A stretch of 12,359 nt of DNA, from NCBI GenBank assembly GCA_009781955.1, contig WQUT01000037.1, positions 1 through 12,359 of the forward strand, written 5' to 3'. The notes below the pieces were generated by a model that worked only from the letters and a program-made list of their open reading frames with translations, was not told the DNA's origin and did no database searches. Positions 1 to 4,354 of the stretch are shown piece by piece; position 1 is the first letter of the stretch; each line of letters begins with the position of its first letter. Both the position numbers and the translations under genes were made by a program. The DNA is from Pseudomonadota bacterium (GTDB lineage Bacteria; Pseudomonadota; Alphaproteobacteria; Rs-D84).

Positions 1-1354
1 CCAATTGCGTCAGTTCCAGATTCGCGCGGTGGGAATAGTCAAACTGCCGCGCCTCTGCCGCCGCGTCCAGAAACAGGTCCTTCATGGGGTCGGCCATCAT
101 CACCATCTGGTCGCCCTGCTTGCGCCGGTTTTCCAAATCTTCGGCGATGCGCACCTGGTTCACGTTCAGCCAATCCAGAATCATGGACAGCGACGCTTCC
201 TTGCCCAGCCATGCGGGGGGAATGTTTGACCAGGTTCCGACATGGACATAGTTCATGGAATTCAGCTGGCCCATAGACAGCATATTGCGCGCGGCCTCTG
301 CATTCGGGTCCTGCATCCGCGAGTAATAATCGCCCAGCAACGCGGCATCCTCGGCATCAAATGTGCCGGCATCCAGGCGCGCTTTGAAATAATCGTCCGC
401 TTTCGCCTTGTCAATTTTTGACACTATGAAATGCACCAGGCCGGACAAAGCGTTGCGCCCGGATATGGTCCAGTGCGGGTCGGCGGAACTGGTCTGCTTG
501 TCCGCAATCAAAACGTTCACAATGCTGTCTATATACAAATCGCGCTCTTCCGGCCGGAACGGCACGTGTTCGGGCGACAGCGGATTCCACGAAGGATAAT
601 AAATCCCGTGCATGGGATCATCCTGGCCCGCCCAGTTGATAATGAACACCGGTCCGACGGTCGCGCGGTATGCGGAAGATTGTTGCTTTAATTCCGGTTT
701 CGGGTCATTGATTATCATGGATACGTTATCGCAATCCAATATTGTCGGCAACACGACACCCTTGGTCTTACCGGTGCCGGGGGGCGCGACGCACAATGTG
801 GATAATGTCTCGTTCAGCATCAGCGGCACGAATTTCTCGGCCTTTTTCCAATATCCCAGAACGGTAATGAATCCCTTGAACAGACCCATCTTTTCTATAT
901 CCGCGGTTTCGGCCTTGCGCGAAGACATCTCGTCATACTTGTCTTTGCCGTGCGGATTGAATTCTTTCAGCAGCGAATCGTCGCGCAGAATGTAGTATGC
1001 GATAAACGGCAGCAGCGGCGCGACGGTCGCCATATCGGTCCGCAGAACCAGCCGCGTCAGGTATGCGGGAACCGCGGCAAATACCGACAGTCCCCAGCTG
1101 TCCCACATCATGTTAAAGTATAGTTCGGTCCATTTTATTGTCGCCGGCGTCCAGCCATATCGCCATATATGTTCCGCCGGAAACGCCAATGCAAACGCGA
1201 GAAGCGCGGCGAGCCAAACGCCCCAGTTCCAGCGCATGCGCCAGAACATCTGGGCAAAGGGCTTTTTTTCCCAGTCATTATACTTGGACGAATCAAAGAT
1301 TTTAAGCCCCTTGGACTTTCCGCCCGCCGATAAAAGGTTGAATTTCAACGCCAT
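1..1354 (-). CDS. virD4: Type IV secretion coupling protein (VirD4/TraG family), N-terminal ~451 codons; C-terminus lies beyond the window
   Basis: My own minus-strand translation from ATG 1354-1352 stays open to position 2. It is absent from the ORF track because no stop falls in the window. Sequence starts MALKFNLLSAGGKSKG.... Two N-terminal hydrophobic segments (WGVWLAALLAFALAF, WGLSVFAAVPAYL) are followed by LCVAPPGTGKTKGVVLPTIL (Walker A, GTGKT encoded at 764-778), SMIINDPKPEL, WNPLS and DPHWTISGRNALSGLVHFIV. This is the same motif order as I recall for A. tumefaciens VirD4 (LVVAPTRAGKGVGVVIPTLL ... ALDVKGEL ... YNPVL). Confidence 0.8.
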   Translation of the reverse strand, partial: MALKFNLLSAGGKSKGLKIFDSSKYNDWEKKPFAQMFWRMRWNWGVWLAALLAFALAFPAEHIWRYGWTPATIKWTELYFNMMWDSWGLSVFAAVPAYLTRLVLRTDMATVAPLLPFIAYYILRDDSLLKEFNPHGKDKYDEMSSRKAETADIEKMGLFKGFITVLGYWKKAEKFVPLMLNETLSTLCVAPPGTGKTKGVVLPTILDCDNVSMIINDPKPELKQQSSAYRATVGPVFIINWAGQDDPMHGIYYPSWNPLSPEHVPFRPEERDLYIDSIVNVLIADKQTSSADPHWTISGRNALSGLVHFIVSKIDKAKADDYFKARLDAGTFDAEDAALLGDYYSRMQDPNAEAARNMLSMGQLNSMNYVHVGTWSNIPPAWLGKEASLSMILDWLNVNQVRIAEDLENRRKQGDQMVMMADPMKDLFLDAAAEARQFDYSHRANLELTQL

Positions 1355-1398
1355 GGTGATATTATACCACAAGAACCAATCACCCGGAACTAAAAACT

Positions 1399-2133
1399 AT
1401 GCAGAATTTGCCCAGAATCTATCTGACCGAAAATCTTGCGGTCGGCAAAACTTTCCCCCTGCCGCCGGATCGGGGGCATTATCTGTCGCGCGTGATGAGG
1501 ACGGACAAATTTCTGGCTTTCGGTAATGGCGAAGAATTCCTCGCGGAACTGAAACAGGAAACAAATAAAAAAACTATTCATTATTCGCTTTTGGTTGTTC
1601 AATTAACCGGCCGCCCCGACCCATCGGGTAATATGACCCTTGCGTTCGCGCCCATAAAGCAGGCGCGGCTGGAAGAGATGCTAAACATGGCGACGCAATT
1701 GGGTGTCGCGGCTTTGCAGCCGGTAATCACCGACCGCACAGACGCGCGGAATATAAACTGGGAAAGAATCCGAAAAATAACGACCGAGGCGGCGGAGCAG
1801 TCCGGCCGCAACAGCATTCCAGAAATCCGCCCGCCGGTTAAATTCGGGGAATTTGTCGCAGATGCAAAAAATCTGGTTTTCGCGGACGAACGATTCGCGC
1901 ATGAAAAAATAAATGTAGGGGCAAATAATTACCGGGCCCCGACAAAATCGCAGATTTTGGTGGGTGGTTCTTTGCCCCTACAAGCCACTATTTTCATCGG
2001 GCCCGAAGGCGGATTTTCGTCCGCCGAATTCGCGGCGCTGGATGCGGCCAAGGCGGTTGGAATAAGTTTGGGGAAAACAATTCTGCGCGCTGAAACCGCG
2101 GCCGCTGTCGCGATAGCATTAGTGACAAAGTGA
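1399..2133 (+). CDS. rsmE: 16S rRNA (uracil1498-N3)-methyltransferase RsmE
   Basis: 244-aa ORF. The N-terminus PRIYL...L..G....L......HYLSRVMR and the C-terminal IFIGPEGGFSSAEF ... LGKTILRAETAAAVAIALV are the RsmE/PF04452 knot signature. The last codons (GTG ACA AAG TGA, 2122-2133) lie inside the octamer-armed repeat. Confidence 0.85.
   Translation: MQNLPRIYLTENLAVGKTFPLPPDRGHYLSRVMRTDKFLAFGNGEEFLAELKQETNKKTIHYSLLVVQLTGRPDPSGNMTLAFAPIKQARLEEMLNMATQLGVAALQPVITDRTDARNINWERIRKITTEAAEQSGRNSIPEIRPPVKFGEFVADAKNLVFADERFAHEKINVGANNYRAPTKSQILVGGSLPLQATIFIGPEGGFSSAEFAALDAAKAVGISLGKTILRAETAAAVAIALVTK
1914..1982. repeat. 69-bp (23-codon) palindromic element lying in frame inside rsmE
   Basis: A 12-bp perfect inverted repeat, TGTAGGGGCAAA (1914-1925) / TTTGCCCCTACA (1971-1982), encloses an inner hairpin CAAAATC-GCA-GATTTTG (1943-1959). 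It is translated as NVGANNYRAPTKSQILVGGSLPLQ immediately upstream of the conserved GPEGG motif. Confidence 0.7.
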
Positions 2134-2218
2134 CAGAATTAATGTGTCGGCTTTGCCGACAAGCAATATCCGCGCACAGCGCGGCTACCATCATTTTGTC
2201 ACTCTGTCACTTTGTCAC
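2122..2218. repeat. Octamer-armed palindromic element, copy 1 (MITE/REP-like, non-coding)
   Basis: Left arm GTGACAAA GTGACAGA (2122-2137). Right arm TTTGTCAC TCTGTCAC TTTGTCAC (2195-2218). The outer 16 bp are perfectly complementary. The core carries two hairpins, GTCGGC-TTT-GCCGAC (2146-2160) and CCGCGC-ACA-GCGCGG (2170-2184). The core is nearly identical to that of copy 3 at 11475-11531. Confidence 0.85.
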
Positions 2219-2223
2219 TAAAA

Positions 2224-2252
2224 TAAAAAACGCCGCATTCGCGGCATTTTTT
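2224..2252. terminator. Bidirectional intrinsic terminator between convergent rsmE and rpsO
   Basis: AAAAAAC GCCGC ATTC GCGGC ATTTTTTATTTT: a 5-bp GC stem (2232-2236 / 2241-2245) with a 4-nt loop, an A-tract upstream and a T-tract downstream, so it reads as hairpin plus U-tract on both strands. The stem is short. Confidence 0.55.
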
Positions 2253-2523
2253 ATTTTCTGATTCCCAGTTTCTTGATTATTTTCTCGTAATCTTCCGGGT
2301 TCCGGCCCTTGATATAGGCCAGCAGTTTTTTGCGCCGGTTCACCATCATCAGCAGGCCGCGTTTTGAATGCTCGTCCTTCGGCATTTTTTTCATATGCCC
2401 GGTCAGGTTCTTTATGCGCTCTGTCAAGACCGCAACCTGGGATTCCACCGAACCGCCGTTATCTTTGTCGGACGATTTGAATTGTTTTATCAATTCGGTT
2501 TTTTTTGATTTTTCAATCGACAT
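2251..2523 (-). CDS. rpsO: 30S ribosomal protein S15 (bS15)
   Basis: 90-aa ORF MSIEKSKKTELIKQFK...SVESQVAVLTERIKNLTGHMKKMPKDEHSKRGLLMMVNRRKKLLAYIK, the canonical bS15 sequence pattern. SD AAGGA at 2531-2535 (minus strand). The truB-rpsO order is conserved. Confidence 0.95.
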   Translation of the reverse strand: MSIEKSKKTELIKQFKSSDKDNGGSVESQVAVLTERIKNLTGHMKKMPKDEHSKRGLLMMVNRRKKLLAYIKGRNPEDYEKIIKKLGIRK

Positions 2524-2537
2524 TGCGTTTTCCTTTG

Positions 2538-3500
2538 TTAATTATTTATGACCCGCCGCGGCATCAGGACGTAATTATCATTCCGGCCTATCCCAATGAA
2601 ACGGCCGTTATGATAAACCCGCCGCAACCCCGCAGAGTCGTCTTTCGTTACGATAACGCCGCCGTGCCCGAACAATGCCGCGTCGTCATCATGCAATTCC
2701 GCAACCAGAATGTCGTCCAGTCCGAAATCCGCCGGGTTCAGGTAATCCCGCAACTCAGCCGGGGCATTATGATACACTTTTTCCAAAAAATCAAGCGTTT
2801 GCGCATCTTTTATCACGAAATTATGCGTGCGCGTGCGCCGAATCCCGGACACCGTCGCCAAATAGCCCCCCGAAAGATCGCCGATATCGCGCGCCAAAGA
2901 CCGGACATAAGTGCCGGTCCCGCAGTTCGCCAGAAACGCGCTGTATTTCATTTTGCCGGCCGGGCCGCCGGAACCCAGAACCAAATCATAAATCGTTACC
3001 TTTCGCGACGGCATTTTTATGTCCGCGCCGCGCCGCGCCAGTTCATAGGCATGGCGGCCGCCGATGCGGATGGCGGAAAAGGCGGGCGGCGTTTGAAGAA
3101 TCTCGCCCTTATACCCGTCGCAAAACCTGTCTATTTCTTTATAGTCCGGCAAGCGTCCGTCTTGTTTTATGATTTTTCCAGTCACATCCAACGTATCCGT
3201 TTCATATCCCCACTCTACGCCGAATGCATATTCCTTTTCGCCCATGCGCCGGCCCAAGTCATCAAAATGCGGGCGTTTCCATAGCTCCTCTAAAAACGGG
3301 ATCATTTTGGTGGCGTTGCCGAGGGCGATGGGCAAAACGCCCGACGCCATGGGGTCCAGCGTCCCCAGATGTCCGAACTTTTTTACGCCGAACATGCGCG
3401 CGACGCGACCGCCCGCCGCGCGGGATGTCATGCCGGAAGGTTTGTCCAAAATTACCCATCCGCCGTTGCTATCGCTATTGCGGGATTCATCTGATGTCAT
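2538..3500 (-). CDS. truB: tRNA pseudouridine(55) synthase TruB
   Basis: 320-aa ORF with GWVILDKPSGMTSRAAGGRVARMFGVKKFGHLGTLDPMASGVLPIALGNATK, the TruB motif II with the catalytic Asp in GTLDP. It lies immediately upstream of rpsO, as in most bacteria. Confidence 0.92.
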   Translation of the reverse strand: MTSDESRNSDSNGGWVILDKPSGMTSRAAGGRVARMFGVKKFGHLGTLDPMASGVLPIALGNATKMIPFLEELWKRPHFDDLGRRMGEKEYAFGVEWGYETDTLDVTGKIIKQDGRLPDYKEIDRFCDGYKGEILQTPPAFSAIRIGGRHAYELARRGADIKMPSRKVTIYDLVLGSGGPAGKMKYSAFLANCGTGTYVRSLARDIGDLSGGYLATVSGIRRTRTHNFVIKDAQTLDFLEKVYHNAPAELRDYLNPADFGLDDILVAELHDDDAALFGHGGVIVTKDDSAGLRRVYHNGRFIGIGRNDNYVLMPRRVINN

Positions 3501-3510
3501 GGTTATAGTT

Positions 3511-3987
3511 TTATTCTTTCGGGCGGTCCCTGCAAGCTGAAAGTTCTAACTGCGATTCGTAAAGAGCGCGGATATTCTGATATTTATCAAAAAAATAGTT
3601 CAATTCGGAACCTTTGCCAATCCCCACCAGCTTTTTTTCCCATTCTATATTCAGGGCCCGAGACTCTAGCGCCCATTGGATATTTTCCGACAAGTAAGTC
3701 ATAAATTGATGATTTTCAATCGTCCTTTCGCTAAACCCGGCAAGGGTAAGCTTTATTCCGGCTTGTAGGCATCCGCCATAATGGCAAACTAATCTATGAA
3801 AATGGTTTTGTATCTCTTCTCGCCAGCTGAATTGCTGCGCGTCTTTGAGTGCAGCCACAGACTTTTTATCCAAAGGCTGTTCATGTTTGTTAAGTATAAT
3901 TGCGACAAAACTTCTTGCCTTGGCAACATCGGTAAAACCAACCCCGGTGCCAGAGAAGGTTTTAAATACGATTATTGGCTGTAACAT
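3511..3987 (-). CDS. Hypothetical protein (158 aa), distal gene of an AT-rich two-gene cassette
   Basis: The ORF track gives 3511-4137, but the first 50 codons overlap the upstream gene out of frame. I take ATG 3987-3985 (MLQPIIVFKTFSGTGVGFTDV...), 19 nt after the upstream stop. The sequence is protein-like, with an N-terminal beta-loop-alpha carrying a Gly-rich SGTGVG loop. I recognise no family. Confidence 0.6.
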   Translation of the reverse strand: MLQPIIVFKTFSGTGVGFTDVAKARSFVAIILNKHEQPLDKKSVAALKDAQQFSWREEIQNHFHRLVCHYGGCLQAGIKLTLAGFSERTIENHQFMTYLSENIQWALESRALNIEWEKKLVGIGKGSELNYFFDKYQNIRALYESQLELSACRDRPKE

Positions 3988-4006
3988 TTTTGCATTCCCA
4001 TAATCG

Positions 4007-4294
4007 TTATCTGTATTTTTTCTGAAGCTCTGCAAATTTTTGCAAGAACGCGGGCACATCACACGCATCAATCCCGGTGCCTTCATAAAAAATAACGCCT
4101 TCGGTCTTTTTTGGATTGCCGTTGAATTTATGTTCACGAATCGTTTGGTCGGAAATATTGTCCTGGATAAACTTCACGGCTAATCCCATGGGCCTTTTGC
4201 CGCTTTTTTCCAGTTCTTTTAGCAATTGATCTTTATCGGGAAAACCAGAATACGAGCTTGTGTTATTATACCTCATAAGAATTATCAGCTTCAT
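4007..4294 (-). CDS. Hypothetical protein (95 aa), proximal gene of an AT-rich two-gene cassette
   Basis: ORF MKLIILMRYNNTSSYSGFPDKDQLLKELEK... preceded by a strong SD (AAAGGAAATTTGT-ATG on the minus strand, 4295-4307). Its C-terminal EGTGIDACDV segment resembles the N-terminus of the downstream gene. I recognise no family. Confidence 0.6.
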   Translation of the reverse strand: MKLIILMRYNNTSSYSGFPDKDQLLKELEKSGKRPMGLAVKFIQDNISDQTIREHKFNGNPKKTEGVIFYEGTGIDACDVPAFLQKFAELQKKYR

Positions 4295-4354
4295 ACAAAT
4301 TTCCTTTTATATTGCCTCTCTCGTCCTCCGATTGTAAATTGTTTTTTGACAAAG

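Noticed and set aside
5-995. Several plus-strand ORFs (5-229, 408-599, 431-691, 612-995, 1110-1526)
   Set aside because: They lie opposite the open minus-strand frame encoding a clear VirD4/TraG-type protein. They are short and fragmented and contain no recognisable motifs.
1994-2194. Conserved-looking small minus-strand ORFs starting inside the repeat cores (MMVAALCADIACRQSRHINSVTLSL at 1994-2194; MVVAALCADFICRQSRHINYVTLSL at 11289-11531)
   Set aside because: The similarity simply reflects the near-identical DNA of repeat cores 1 and 3. Both ORFs run out of the element antisense into rsmE or yidD, with no SD and no independent stop.
2505-3284. 259-aa plus-strand ORF, plus 2675-3172 and 3169-3540
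   Set aside because: They are antisense shadow ORFs of truB with Arg/Pro-rich composition, and they cross the rpsO/truB boundary.
3700-3760. HEPN-like R-x5-H (WREEIQNH) in the 158-aa cassette protein as a basis for calling a HEPN toxin
   Set aside because: A single short spacing motif occurs frequently by chance. The residue after Arg is not the usual N/H/D, the N-terminal region looks beta-alpha, and the partner lacks MNT motifs. It is mentioned only as a weak lead.
3988-4137. Upstream extension of the 3511-4137 ORF (208-aa version)
   Set aside because: The extension overlaps the last 131 nt of the 95-aa gene in another frame and translates to an implausible MNINSTAIQKRPKALFFMKAPGLMRVMCPRSCKN.... 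ATG 3987, just after the upstream stop, gives a cleaner two-gene arrangement.
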